Positions 1 through 8,930 of a DNA stretch of 61,944 nt are shown here, in pieces; position 1 is the stretch's first letter; each line of letters starts with the position of its first letter. Source of the DNA: an uncultured Spirochaetaceae bacterium (lineage in GTDB: Bacteria > Spirochaetota > Spirochaetia > DSM-27196 > PWMO01); contig CAYPTH010000001.1 in NCBI GenBank assembly GCA_964413635.1, forward strand, positions 18,249-80,192, written 5' to 3'. The position numbers and the translations under genes are program-made. A model generated the notes under the pieces. It made no database searches. It worked only from the letters and a program-made list of their open reading frames with translations, and was not told the DNA's origin.

Positions 1-541
1 CGGCGTAGAACTCGTCCCGGAGAATGCCCATCTGTATGGACTCGTAGTATCGCCCGTTGCGGTAGACGCGAGCGCGCCGGCGCCCCTCTTCGATAAAGCC
101 GAGCCGGAGATAGAGCCGGTAGGCGCGCTCGTTGTACTCGTAGACCTCGAGCTCGACCTTGTTGAGGTTGATGCGATCGAAGGCGTATCCGAGAAGCAGG
201 CGGATGGCCTCCGCTCCGTAGCCCTTCCCTCGATTCTCCCGGCGCGGAACGACAATGGCGAGGGTTCCTGCACGCACGAACCAGTCGATTCCGGCGAGAT
301 CGATCTGGCCGATATAACCCTCATCCGTGCGGTCCGCGATCACGTAGTGGAAGGCGTCGCGATTCTCGTTGCGGAGGATGGAGTCCACAAACCCGTCGGA
401 CATGGGGGTGGTATGTCCGCGAATGAAGATGTTCGAAAGATGCTGCGTAACCTCCGGGTCGTTTACCCAGGCGTGAATCTCCGCCTTGTCGCTCTCGCGG
501 TACTCGCGCAATACAATGCTCCGGCCCACGATATGTGCCAT
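1..541 (-). CDS. GNAT family N-acetyltransferase (RimJ/RimL-like), C-terminus cut by window edge
   Basis: Absent from the ORF track because it is open at the window edge. My translation of the minus strand from ATG (541-539) gives MAHIVGRSIVLREYRESDKAEIHAWVNDPEVTQHL...IVVPRRENRGKGYGAEAIRLLLGYAFDRINLNKVELEVYEYNERAYRLYLRLGFIEEGRRR. It has an R-x-x-G-x-G acetyl-CoA loop (RGKGYG). Confidence 0.8.
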   Translation of the reverse strand, partial: MAHIVGRSIVLREYRESDKAEIHAWVNDPEVTQHLSNIFIRGHTTPMSDGFVDSILRNENRDAFHYVIADRTDEGYIGQIDLAGIDWFVRAGTLAIVVPRRENRGKGYGAEAIRLLLGYAFDRINLNKVELEVYEYNERAYRLYLRLGFIEEGRRRARVYRNGRYYESIQMGILRDEFYA

Positions 542-635
542 ACAACTCCTCATGTATCCTCGGGCGAATTGGTGACGGCTGCGCAGCAGAATCTGTAGCG
601 TCTAGGTATCCTTGATACTCAATAAGGAGGACACT

Positions 636-1026
636 ATGAGATCTTTTGCTATCAGCCCCCTTCTGATCCTACTCAGCACAGTCGCAATGGCGCAAGACGA
701 CAATTCCATGTCCTGAGTGGAGTAACGTCGGCGAGTTGTCACTTACAGGCGTTGGACCGCTCAACTTCGGTTGGGTTAGCCACAACGATGACGGTGAAGT
801 CAGCTCCGTACGCGGCATCAACATTGTCACCCTCGGATACGGTGCGAAACACTACTTCGGTGACGCCCAGGTAGGCAGCTTCAACGTCTACTGGGCCTGG
901 GGCACGTTCACCATTGTTCCCGCGTATCTGTTTCTCGGTGGTGACTACACTACCGAGAGTGGATTCTTCTTCGGTGTCGGCGAGGGAATTCCGTGGTTCC
1001 ACGCTGAAGGCGGATTCTACTTCTGA
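636..1026 (+). pseudogene. Frameshifted small secreted, beta-barrel-like protein (signal-peptide ORF 636..716 plus mature part in the +1 frame, 667/736..1026)
   Basis: RBS AAGGAGG (624-630), then ATG at 636: MRSFAISPLLILLSTVAMAQDDNSMS* is a signal peptide (AMA/Q) with no mature part. The +1 frame is open from 667 and runs into the 736..1026 ORF. That ORF is Gly/aromatic-rich and ends ...GIPWFHAEGGFYF (terminal Phe as in outer-membrane barrels). Confidence 0.5.
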
Positions 1027-1793
1027 CCAAACGTTCCGCGCGGCACACCTGCGCCGGCGCGCCCAATGTCGGTGCGCCCGGCCTCTTCATCGTCATGAAT
1101 CCAGGCAACGTTGGGAACGGTGTTCTGATTCCCACGAGTGGGATCATGATCCCAGTACTCCACCCCACCGAAATCCAGCCGGATCGAGGGCGCCAGAGCC
1201 TCCTGGGGGCAGACGTTGACGCAGGTCATGCAGAGAATGCACTCCGTCGACAGAATACGCGTCTTCGCAAAGAGGTAGTCCTTCACACGAATGTTCATGG
1301 GACACATCTCAATGCAGGTCTGACACCCCTCGGGGCAACACGCGGACGTGCCGTCCATCTTCACCAGGCTGAGCCTGCCGACGGCCTTCATGGGCACGCT
1401 GACGGGACACACGTACTTGCAGAAGGCGCGATGGTCCTTGAGCGCAAGAGCCAGAACAATGCCCAGGGCGTAGTAGATGCAGATCCCCAGAAGAAACCAG
1501 TAAACTCCCGCGGCACCGATGGTGCCTTGAAAGCCCAGCCCGAACCACAGTAAGGCCACCAGACCGCCACTGGCGAAGAAGTGGACGTATCGGAGCAGGC
1601 TCAATCGCTTGTCCCGGCGCCAGTAGCTGAAGGGATAGGGTAGCATGTCGAAGATCATTCCATACCAACACGCCCAGCCGCACCAGAGCCGGCCGAACAG
1701 CAGTGGACCAATGAGCTTTCCAATGAAGTAGTGAATGAGCACGAAGGGTGCCACACCCGACAGGACCGCGAAAAAGAGGCCCTCAATGGCCAT
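1017..1793 (-). CDS. Membrane-bound 4Fe-4S polyferredoxin, NapH/MauN/RdxA-like
   Basis: The ORF 1017..2045 is trimmed to the internal ATG (1793-1791, MAIEGLFFAV...) because upstream codons overlap the preceding gene. It has TM helices, two CX3CP-type motifs (WCGWACW, CKYVCP), and the clusters CPEGCQTCIEMCP and CILCMTCVNVCP. Confidence 0.75.
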   Translation of the reverse strand: MAIEGLFFAVLSGVAPFVLIHYFIGKLIGPLLFGRLWCGWACWYGMIFDMLPYPFSYWRRDKRLSLLRYVHFFASGGLVALLWFGLGFQGTIGAAGVYWFLLGICIYYALGIVLALALKDHRAFCKYVCPVSVPMKAVGRLSLVKMDGTSACCPEGCQTCIEMCPMNIRVKDYLFAKTRILSTECILCMTCVNVCPQEALAPSIRLDFGGVEYWDHDPTRGNQNTVPNVAWIHDDEEAGRTDIGRAGAGVPRGTFGQK

Positions 1794-1854
1794 GTTGCCG
1801 TGGTCACTCACCAGCTTGACGCCGGGCTTGGCAGGTGAACTCCGGAGTGGTCTT

Positions 1855-3714
1855 CTACAATCGGTCGAGGTAGATGAGCGCGGCTGCGTCCCACGCTTGT
1901 GGTCGACACGCCACGGGATACGGAATGGGTGGTCCGCTGCGACGAGGGTAGCCTGCAATGAGCTCAGGGAGGCGGTGGTCTTCTTGGCTCTCCGCCAAAT
2001 CGAATAGAGCGTCCCGAATCCGTCGCGCGTAATCGCGGAAACCATAGCGTGCGAACCCAGCCGCTATGAGCGCATTGTCGTGGGGCCAGACAGAACCGTT
2101 GTGGTAGCTCACCGGGTTGTACCGAGCCTCTTTGTTCCCGAGCGTGCGAATACCCCACCCTGACCAAAGCTCCGGCGAAACCAGCGTTTCCACCAAGCGC
2201 GCGGCCCGATCCGTTCGGACCGCCCCAGACCATAGCAAGTGACCCGCGTTCGAGCTCTTGACGCGAAGCGGCTGGTCGTCCCCGTCGAGGGCCATGGCGT
2301 AGGTCCCCCGTTCGTCCAGCCAGTAGTGCTCGTCAATGGCGGCGGCCAGATCTTCGGCCCTGCGCGCCCAATCCCGCGCCTTCTGGTCTTCTGCGAGAGC
2401 GCGGTAGAACCCTTCAGCCGCACGGAAGGCAGCGTAGCCGTAACCCTGGACCTCCACCGGCGCGATCGCCCCGGTGGCCAGTGTTCCGTTCGCGTGGCTC
2501 ATGGAGTCGTCGGAGTCTTTCCACGACTGGACGACGAGGCCTTGGCCCGGAGCGGCGCCTACGTATCGCAAGAAACGTCCGTCCGTCATGGCGTGGTCGA
2601 GGATCCATCTCAAGGCCGCCTCCCAGACCGGACGGAGCTCTCGCAAGAGCTGCTCGTTCCCGGTCTGTCGGTACAGCCGTTCCAGGAGCACAAGGAACAG
2701 CGGTGTCGCATCGATCGTGCCGTAGTACGGACTGTGGGGCACAACACCCAGCCGTGTGAGCTCCCCGAAACGCCGTTCGTGGGGTATCTTCCCGGGCTCC
2801 TCGGCGTGAAAGAGATCGACGCGACTCCCCTGCATGGCCGCCAACTCCTTGAGCGTCGCCTCTGCAAGTGCCGGGTGATGAGGCAACAAGAGATACGCGG
2901 TGATGATGGAGTCGCGCCCAAAGGTGGCGACGAACCAGGGAATTCCGGCGGCCGAGACCGGGCCGGCTGCGGTATTCAGAAGCAGCGCCCGCAGATCGTC
3001 GATTGCACGGGAGAGCACGAGAGCGCGCTGCCAATCTCTCGATGCGTCGGTCAACTCGGTCGGGAAACCCCTCCGCCACTCGTGGTAGCTATACGACGAC
3101 TGGTACGTAGCAACGCCGGTTTGCAGATCGGTTCTGACGTGCAGGGTCCTGCGCGCTCCCGCTTCGAGGGTGAACTCGAAGCTAAGGCATCCCCGCTCAA
3201 CCTGCGTCGGCGCTCCCTGCAAGGCGGTGATGGTAATCCCCATTTCCAAGTCGGCCGCGCTCACGTATCGAATGTCCAGGGCAGTCTCACGCTCCCGATT
3301 CGAAATCTCACCGCCGCCCCTGTGCTCGAATCCCCTCGCCTCAAACATGTCAATGAAGTCAGCAGCGATATGAAGGCGCAGATTGAGATCAGTTGACTGA
3401 GAATGGGTGTTTTCTACGGTAAGCACATCCTCGAGCAACGTGGGCCCGAGCCGCAATTCGCGGCTCACCCCAACACGTTGAGATGGTCCCTCGATGTGGG
3501 AGTAGTAGAAGAAGTAGCGGTCGGGACTGTCGGAATGCCGGACCAGCGTTTGGAAGCCGTCGCCGATCTGCCAGACGTAGCGATTCAAGAACCGCGTATC
3601 GTGGCTGTAGAGGCCGCGCTCTCCCCCGTCAATGGCGCCGTCGCCGTCCATGACGACGAAGGCGTAGTCCTCTTTCATTACCAGGTTACGACTCAGATTC
3701 GTTGGGTTGCTCAT
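1855..3714 (-). CDS. Glycogen-debranching-enzyme-like protein (GDE N-terminal domain + amylo-alpha-1,6-glucosidase-type (alpha/alpha)6 C-domain)
   Basis: 619-aa ORF. The N-terminus MKEDYAFVVMDGDGAI...GLYSHDTRFLNRY and the C-terminal ...YHNGSVWPHDNALIAAGFARYG...LPELIAG...ACRPQAWDAAA match the bacterial GDE_N_bis/GDE_C architecture as I recall it. Confidence 0.8.
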   Translation of the reverse strand: MSNPTNLSRNLVMKEDYAFVVMDGDGAIDGGERGLYSHDTRFLNRYVWQIGDGFQTLVRHSDSPDRYFFYYSHIEGPSQRVGVSRELRLGPTLLEDVLTVENTHSQSTDLNLRLHIAADFIDMFEARGFEHRGGGEISNRERETALDIRYVSAADLEMGITITALQGAPTQVERGCLSFEFTLEAGARRTLHVRTDLQTGVATYQSSYSYHEWRRGFPTELTDASRDWQRALVLSRAIDDLRALLLNTAAGPVSAAGIPWFVATFGRDSIITAYLLLPHHPALAEATLKELAAMQGSRVDLFHAEEPGKIPHERRFGELTRLGVVPHSPYYGTIDATPLFLVLLERLYRQTGNEQLLRELRPVWEAALRWILDHAMTDGRFLRYVGAAPGQGLVVQSWKDSDDSMSHANGTLATGAIAPVEVQGYGYAAFRAAEGFYRALAEDQKARDWARRAEDLAAAIDEHYWLDERGTYAMALDGDDQPLRVKSSNAGHLLWSGAVRTDRAARLVETLVSPELWSGWGIRTLGNKEARYNPVSYHNGSVWPHDNALIAAGFARYGFRDYARRIRDALFDLAESQEDHRLPELIAGYPRRSGPPIPYPVACRPQAWDAAALIYLDRL

Positions 3715-3803
3715 CTTTCGCTCGTACTGCTCTCTTTCATCTCAGAATCTAACCGCGTCGACTGCCCCACCGGCGGGACTTCACCCCCGGGGAGCGCTCG
3801 TCT

Positions 3804-5276
3804 CTACTCTTTGGAGCCACCGAAGGAGACCCCTTCCAGGAAGTAGCGTTGGAAGACCACGAAAATCACGACAATCGGGACGGCGCTGAGGATGGCTCCC
3901 GCCAGAATCAGCCCCCAGTCGCCGGCGGCGCCGTAGGTCTGCCGGAAGGAGAGCAGACCGATCGGCAGCGTCTTAATGTCCTCGGGACTGGTGAGGACAA
4001 TGAAGGGCCAGAAGAAGTCGTTCCACGCGCCCTGAAAGGTGAGGATGGTGACGGCGCCCAGGGCGGGGCGCGCCATGGGAAGAACGACCCGGGAGTAACG
4101 CTGCCATTGCGTCGCTCCGTCGATCATGGCCGCCTCTTCGACCTGTCGGGGAATCGACTCGAAGAACTGCTTCATGATGAAGACCTTGCTCGCCTCGATC
4201 ATGGCGGAGGCGCCGGCTCCGCCGATGATGACGCCCGCCATGGTATTCAGGAGGGAGTCCACCCCGAAGAGCTTCGTAAGTCCGAATATGCCGTCCCGAA
4301 TGACCAGATAGTTCGAGATGAAGGTTACCTGCGCCGGGACCATCTGACTGAAGAGGACCAGCATGAAGACGGCGGTCTTTCCGGGGAAGTTGAAGCGCGC
4401 CAGAGCGTAGCCCGCCATGGCCGCAAAGGCCAGGTTCGTGATGATTCGGGCTAACGCGTAGATCCCGGAGTTGAGGGTCCACGAGAAGAAGAGGCTGTTG
4501 CCGGTCGAGACGCTCCGCGCCTCCCGGAAAACCCGGACGTAGTTGTGGAGCATGTAGCCGATGAAGCCGGGGGCGACGGTATCGAAGGAGGCGACTCTTC
4601 CGCGCCGCTCCAGGCGGTGCGCGGTAATCGTCGACGAGACGTAGCGCTGGGTCGGTTCGTTGGTCACGTCCAGGGGCAGACGGTCGATCTCCGGGCCGTC
4701 GCCGACGTAGGAGATGGTGAAGCGGTAGGTCACGAAGGTTCCGGGGACCTCTTCGCGGGTCACCGTCCCCTCCTCCCGGACATCGATTACATGGCGACCA
4801 TCGCGACGGGCAACCTTCCGCACCGGGGAGACCTCCGCGTGATCGGCGGCGTACTCGATCTGCATGACCGCCCCCAGGCCGGCACCCGGACGCCGCCGGG
4901 GAACGACCGCCTCGGGCGCCGCGGGCTCCGTGCCCTGTGGGGCGAAGTACGTGATCTCAAAGGGGACCGCACCACCGGGGGCGAAGCCCCCGAGTATGGG
5001 GCCGCCCCCGCCGAGGCGCCCGAGGCGCGCGGCGTTCACCCAGTTGCGCGGGGAGAGTTGCGGAACCGCCAGAGAAGGCGGGTATTCCAGCGGATTGGTC
5101 TTGAGGCTGGAGACCGCCGCGAAGAGCAGCGGCCCCAGGAAGATGATGGCGAAGGCCAGCATTACCGTGTAGACAATGCCTGCCCGGGCCCATCGGCGGC
5201 GCGCCATCCACCGGTTGAGCTCTTCCCGGGAAATGTTGCGACCCGGCGTTGCCACGGATGCGATCGTGCCGCTCAT
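3804..5276 (-). CDS. Carbohydrate ABC transporter permease (MalG-like) with a large insertion in the first extracytoplasmic loop
   Basis: EAA loop ESIPRQVEEAAMIDGATQWQRYSRVVLPMARPAL. ATGA overlap with the upstream permease gene. 490 aa versus about 280 aa for typical members. Confidence 0.9.
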   Translation of the reverse strand: MSGTIASVATPGRNISREELNRWMARRRWARAGIVYTVMLAFAIIFLGPLLFAAVSSLKTNPLEYPPSLAVPQLSPRNWVNAARLGRLGGGGPILGGFAPGGAVPFEITYFAPQGTEPAAPEAVVPRRRPGAGLGAVMQIEYAADHAEVSPVRKVARRDGRHVIDVREEGTVTREEVPGTFVTYRFTISYVGDGPEIDRLPLDVTNEPTQRYVSSTITAHRLERRGRVASFDTVAPGFIGYMLHNYVRVFREARSVSTGNSLFFSWTLNSGIYALARIITNLAFAAMAGYALARFNFPGKTAVFMLVLFSQMVPAQVTFISNYLVIRDGIFGLTKLFGVDSLLNTMAGVIIGGAGASAMIEASKVFIMKQFFESIPRQVEEAAMIDGATQWQRYSRVVLPMARPALGAVTILTFQGAWNDFFWPFIVLTSPEDIKTLPIGLLSFRQTYGAAGDWGLILAGAILSAVPIVVIFVVFQRYFLEGVSFGGSKE

Positions 5277-6397
5277 CGTCGCACCTCCGAGGGGACGATC
5301 ACCCGTTGAATCATGACCACCGTCAGCGTGAAGAGCGCCAGAAATATCGCCGCAGCGGAGGCCAGCCCGACCTCAGGCAATTGCGCCCCCGGAAACATCC
5401 GGTTGTACACGAAGTACGCCAGAGTAATGCGGGAGCGAAGCGGCGCCGCGTCCCCGAAGATGGCGACCTGGTCAAACATCTGGAGGGTTCCGATCAGTCC
5501 GAGGGTCAAGACCAGAAAGAGCACCGGCTGCAGCGCGGGAATCGTGATGTGGAAGAACTTCTGCGCCGCCGTGGCACCATCAATCGATGCCGCCTCGTAG
5601 AAGGACGTCGGGACGTCCTGCAAGCCCGCCAGAAAGAGCAGCATCAGGGTGGGAATGGTAGTGAAGATGTTCTGGATCATGATGGCAATGAGCGGAATGG
5701 GCATTGCCAGCGCTTCGGGCTGCGCAGGAATCGTCTTCGCCGTCTGGAGCCAGACGAAGTCGATCGGCGCGACCTCCCGGGGTGTGACGACCCCGAGCAC
5801 CCCCAGGATACCCGACACAATCACCGCTCCCAGGAAGGAGACCACGAAGAGGGCCGGATCGAGCCACTTCGCCGGCAGCCCGCGGCGCCGTTCCCAGAGA
5901 ACCTGCCCGATCTGGAGAACTACTACGACTCCAATGAACAGCCCGATGACCGGGGCCCACCGGGAGCCCTGGGTGGCAATGTAGTTGATCAGCCCGCGGC
6001 GCTGGTACATCCACAGGAAGATCAGGGTAATGACGACGCTGCTGGCCACGCTGGGCATGTAGTAGGCCGCCCGGAAGAAGTGCAGCCCCCGAATGCGGGC
6101 GTTGAGCACACTCGCCATGATCAAGGCGCCGAGGGTCTGCAGGGCGGTAACGACAATGGTGAAAAGGATCGAGTTCCGGAGGGCGGTCAGGAAGTTCTGC
6201 TCCTGAAAGAGCGCAACGTAGTTCCGCAGACCAACCCAGGAGGGGTCGTTGAAGAGATTGTAGTCGGTGAAGCTGAAGACCACCGCCCGAACGCCGGCGT
6301 ACACGAAGAAGATCCCGAGGACAATGAGGAACGGCAGCAGGAAGAGATAGGGCGCAACCCCTTCCCCCCGCTGGAGCCCCCGAGCCTGTAGCTTCAT
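5273..6397 (-). CDS. Carbohydrate ABC transporter permease (MalF-like)
   Basis: Polytopic protein with EAA loop YEAASIDGATAAQKFFHITIPALQP. RBS AAGGAGG just upstream (complement of 6398-6409). Confidence 0.9.
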   Translation of the reverse strand: MKLQARGLQRGEGVAPYLFLLPFLIVLGIFFVYAGVRAVVFSFTDYNLFNDPSWVGLRNYVALFQEQNFLTALRNSILFTIVVTALQTLGALIMASVLNARIRGLHFFRAAYYMPSVASSVVITLIFLWMYQRRGLINYIATQGSRWAPVIGLFIGVVVVLQIGQVLWERRRGLPAKWLDPALFVVSFLGAVIVSGILGVLGVVTPREVAPIDFVWLQTAKTIPAQPEALAMPIPLIAIMIQNIFTTIPTLMLLFLAGLQDVPTSFYEAASIDGATAAQKFFHITIPALQPVLFLVLTLGLIGTLQMFDQVAIFGDAAPLRSRITLAYFVYNRMFPGAQLPEVGLASAAAIFLALFTLTVVMIQRVIVPSEVRR

Positions 6398-6433
6398 CCC
6401 ACACCTCCTTGTGCTGTGCCGCCGAACCGCACC

Positions 6434-6474
6434 CGCGCAGCGCGGCGCCCCGGAACGGGGCGCCTGACGCTGCG
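6434..6474 (-). promoter_or_regulatory. GC-rich intercistronic stem-loop between the solute-binding-protein and permease genes
   Basis: GCGCAGCG-c-GGCGCCCCG-gaa-CGGGGCGCC-tga-CGCTGCGC: a 9-bp inner stem plus an 8-bp outer stem. There is no U-tract, so it more likely acts as a partial terminator or mRNA stabiliser than as a full terminator. Confidence 0.45.
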
Positions 6475-6502
6475 CGATACGTTTTGCTCTGCGCGGTACG
6501 CC

Positions 6503-7795
6503 TTACTGCGCCCGATCTATCAAGGCGTCGATCTCCGCCTGGGCCGCCTCGAGAGCCGGCTCGAGATCCTGCTCACCCGACATGATCAGCGCCAGGGCGC
6601 TGTTGATGGGCTGGAACCAGTCCGTACCGACGCGCCCGAACTGATATCCCCGGACGTGACCCATGTCGGCGCCCTGGAACACGACGCGGTTCGCCGTCGC
6701 CTCCGGGGTGTCCTGATCGAAGAAGGGATTGTCCGCCAGGGATGCCCGACTTGGGATGGCAAGGCCCTCCTCCAGTACGAACTGCTGCGCCTCCTCGCTG
6801 GTCAGCGCCTCGAGGACCTCGACGGCCGCCTCCCGGTGCTCCGTGTCGGCGTTGATGCCGTAGGCGACGGTGTAGAGGAAGTTGCCCCGCTGCCCGGACG
6901 GGCCAACCGGCATATATGTGGTGCCGAATTGGATGTTCGGAGCTTCATTCCGAAGGAATCCAAGGATCCATGCCCCCTCGATCGCAATGCCGACCTGCTC
7001 CGTGGCGAAGGCGCCGCCGGTCCAGCCCTGTCCGAGGTCGCTCGGCTGCACCGCTGCCCCTTCTTTGACGAGACCGGTGTACCACTCGACGGCTTCCTGG
7101 AAGCGCGGATCGAGGAGAGCGGTCCGGCCCTCATCATCGAAGGGCTCCCACCCGGTGGCGAAGGCGAAGGCGCCGAAGCGATCGTACGTCGGCGGGAAGC
7201 TGATGCCGTAGACATCGTCCCCAAACTCCGATACCTGACGCACCTTCTCCGTCAGACTCTCCCAGGTTTCGTTCTCCGTGGGATACTCGACACCGGCCTC
7301 ATCGAAGAGGTCCATGTTGTAGTGGAGCGCAAGGGTGTTGAAGTCCTTGGCAATGCCGTAGACCTGGCCGTCGAAGGTGTACGCCTCTACCAAACTGTCG
7401 ATGAAGGGATCCGTATCGACGTAGTCGTCGAGAGGCAGCACCTTACCGGTCGCCACAATGCCGACGGCGGTCTCCACGGGAATGTAGAAGATGTCGGCTG
7501 CGGTGCCCGCGGAGAGGGCGTTGAAGAGAGCCGCGTTGTAGTCACCCTCGAGGGGCTCGTAGGTGACCTCGATGTTGCTGTCGGCAAGTCGATCCCGTAC
7601 GACCTCGTCGAGCAGGCGCGCCACGATGGCCGGGTCCTGTCCGCCGTAGCCCATAATGCGGATCTGGACGGGCTCCGCCTCCTCGGCAGCGCCGCCCTCC
7701 ATCTCGCCGCCTTCCTGCTGGCCGCCGGCAAAGGCCGGACCGGCCGCAACAAGAACCAGTGCAAGCAGCGCCACGAGTCGTTTGATGACGTTCAT
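6503..7795 (-). CDS. ABC transporter extracellular solute-binding protein (family 1, sugar)
   Basis: Signal peptide MNVIKRLVALLALVLVAAGPAFA. The 430-aa mature part has the typical CUT1 SBP composition. RBS AAAGGAGG sits at the complement of 7801-7808. It is the first gene of the transporter string. Confidence 0.85.
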   Translation of the reverse strand: MNVIKRLVALLALVLVAAGPAFAGGQQEGGEMEGGAAEEAEPVQIRIMGYGGQDPAIVARLLDEVVRDRLADSNIEVTYEPLEGDYNAALFNALSAGTAADIFYIPVETAVGIVATGKVLPLDDYVDTDPFIDSLVEAYTFDGQVYGIAKDFNTLALHYNMDLFDEAGVEYPTENETWESLTEKVRQVSEFGDDVYGISFPPTYDRFGAFAFATGWEPFDDEGRTALLDPRFQEAVEWYTGLVKEGAAVQPSDLGQGWTGGAFATEQVGIAIEGAWILGFLRNEAPNIQFGTTYMPVGPSGQRGNFLYTVAYGINADTEHREAAVEVLEALTSEEAQQFVLEEGLAIPSRASLADNPFFDQDTPEATANRVVFQGADMGHVRGYQFGRVGTDWFQPINSALALIMSGEQDLEPALEAAQAEIDALIDRAQ

Positions 7796-7806
7796 ATCGT
7801 CCTCCT

Positions 7807-7835
7807 TTGTGGAAATTATGTAACCGATTCCACAA
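7807..7835. promoter_or_regulatory. Candidate LacI-family operator / inverted repeat in front of the solute-binding-protein gene
   Basis: TTGTGGAA-N13-TTCCACAA inverted repeat. Embedded in it is TGTAACCGATTCCA (7819-7832), which resembles the TGTAAGCGGTTACA site at 8931. It lies between a TTGACA (complement of 7867-7872) and the RBS. Confidence 0.5.
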
Positions 7836-7868
7836 CTGGACTCAGAATGCCACCACTTCGGCGTGTTG

Positions 7869-8912
7869 TCAACGCTTTTCGTCTAAGGCGCGGGCCGTGG
7901 TATTTCGCGCAACAAGGTGCACCGGGATCAGCTCGTGTCGTACCGGCTTGCCGGCCATGGCCTCCTTGACGAGTTCGACGGAGGTGCCGGCCAGCAGGGC
8001 GATGTCCTGTCGGACCGTGGTGATGTCCTCCCCGAATTCAGGCAGGTCGTCGAAGCCGACAAGGGATACCTGGGAGGGGACCCGCAGATCCAGGTCTTCC
8101 AGCGCCGCCAGAGCTCCGACGGCCATTTCATCCGAGGCCGCGAAGATCGCCGTTGCGGACCCTCCCTCGCGGTAGTAGCGCATGGTACGCCGGTATGCGT
8201 CGAGGGCGGTGAACCGTCCGTCGAGGACGTGGTCGGCGGGAAGCTCCACGTCCGCCTCATCGAGAGCGCGGCGGAACCCGGCCAACCGATCCGTAGCGGC
8301 CTGCCCGGGTAGGAAACCGCTGAGATGCAGAATGCGCCGGTGCCCCAGGCGTACCAGGTGGCGCCCCGCCTGATAGCCGCCATCAATGTCGTCCGGGGCG
8401 ATCCACCGCACCCCCTCCCGATGTCCGACCAGGACGAAGGGAATCCGCTGCTCCATCAGGTACGGCACCCGGGTGTCGTCGTCGTGAGCGCCGAAGAGCA
8501 CCATGGCATCGGTGGTGTACCTCGGCAGCCCGTTGGCATCCGTCGGGATCTCTTCGAAGCGAAAGCCCTGCTCCTGCGTGGCCTCGGCGAGGTGCTCGAG
8601 GAAAAGCATGAAGAAGGGAATGAGTCGGCGGCTTCCGGCGCCGACGCTGAGCCCGATTATGGGTCCGGAGCCGCGGGAGAGCTCCCGGGCGACCAGGTCG
8701 GGCTCGTAGTTGAGCTCCTGCATGACCGACAGGACACGCTGCCGGGTGGTGGGCTTGACTGCACTGTGCCGGTTCAGGACTCGGCTCACGGTACCGGTCG
8801 AGACGCCGGCGTGCTGCGCCACATCCTTGATCGTCGTCCGCCTGACGGCGGGATTCGTGCGCTTTTCCTCGTCTCCGGGTCTCTGTTCAGCCATTGATGG
8901 TTTCTCGTGCAC
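7869..8912 (-). CDS. LacI family transcriptional regulator
   Basis: N-terminal HTH TIKDVAQHAGVSTGTVSRVLN followed by a periplasmic-binding-protein-like sugar-binding core. Confidence 0.9.
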   Translation of the reverse strand: MHEKPSMAEQRPGDEEKRTNPAVRRTTIKDVAQHAGVSTGTVSRVLNRHSAVKPTTRQRVLSVMQELNYEPDLVARELSRGSGPIIGLSVGAGSRRLIPFFMLFLEHLAEATQEQGFRFEEIPTDANGLPRYTTDAMVLFGAHDDDTRVPYLMEQRIPFVLVGHREGVRWIAPDDIDGGYQAGRHLVRLGHRRILHLSGFLPGQAATDRLAGFRRALDEADVELPADHVLDGRFTALDAYRRTMRYYREGGSATAIFAASDEMAVGALAALEDLDLRVPSQVSLVGFDDLPEFGEDITTVRQDIALLAGTSVELVKEAMAGKPVRHELIPVHLVARNTTARALDEKR

Positions 8913-8930
8913 CCGTTGAACCTTCGCGGG

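Noticed and set aside
1794-2045. N-terminal extensions of several ORF-track entries: 1017..2045, 8975..10504, 11655..12554, 16611..18170, 21821..22399, 35269..36054, 37065..38303, 42664..43608 and 54801..56708.
   Set aside because: The extended parts overlap neighbouring well-supported genes or read antisense through them, and they look like non-protein sequence. Internal starts with an RBS or xTGA coupling give proteins that begin where the family homology begins.
3804-7795. The missing ATP-binding subunit in the sugar ABC transporter operon, read as an anomaly.
   Set aside because: CUT1-type sugar importers frequently share a MsiK/MalK-like ATPase encoded elsewhere in the genome, so its absence from the operon is ordinary.
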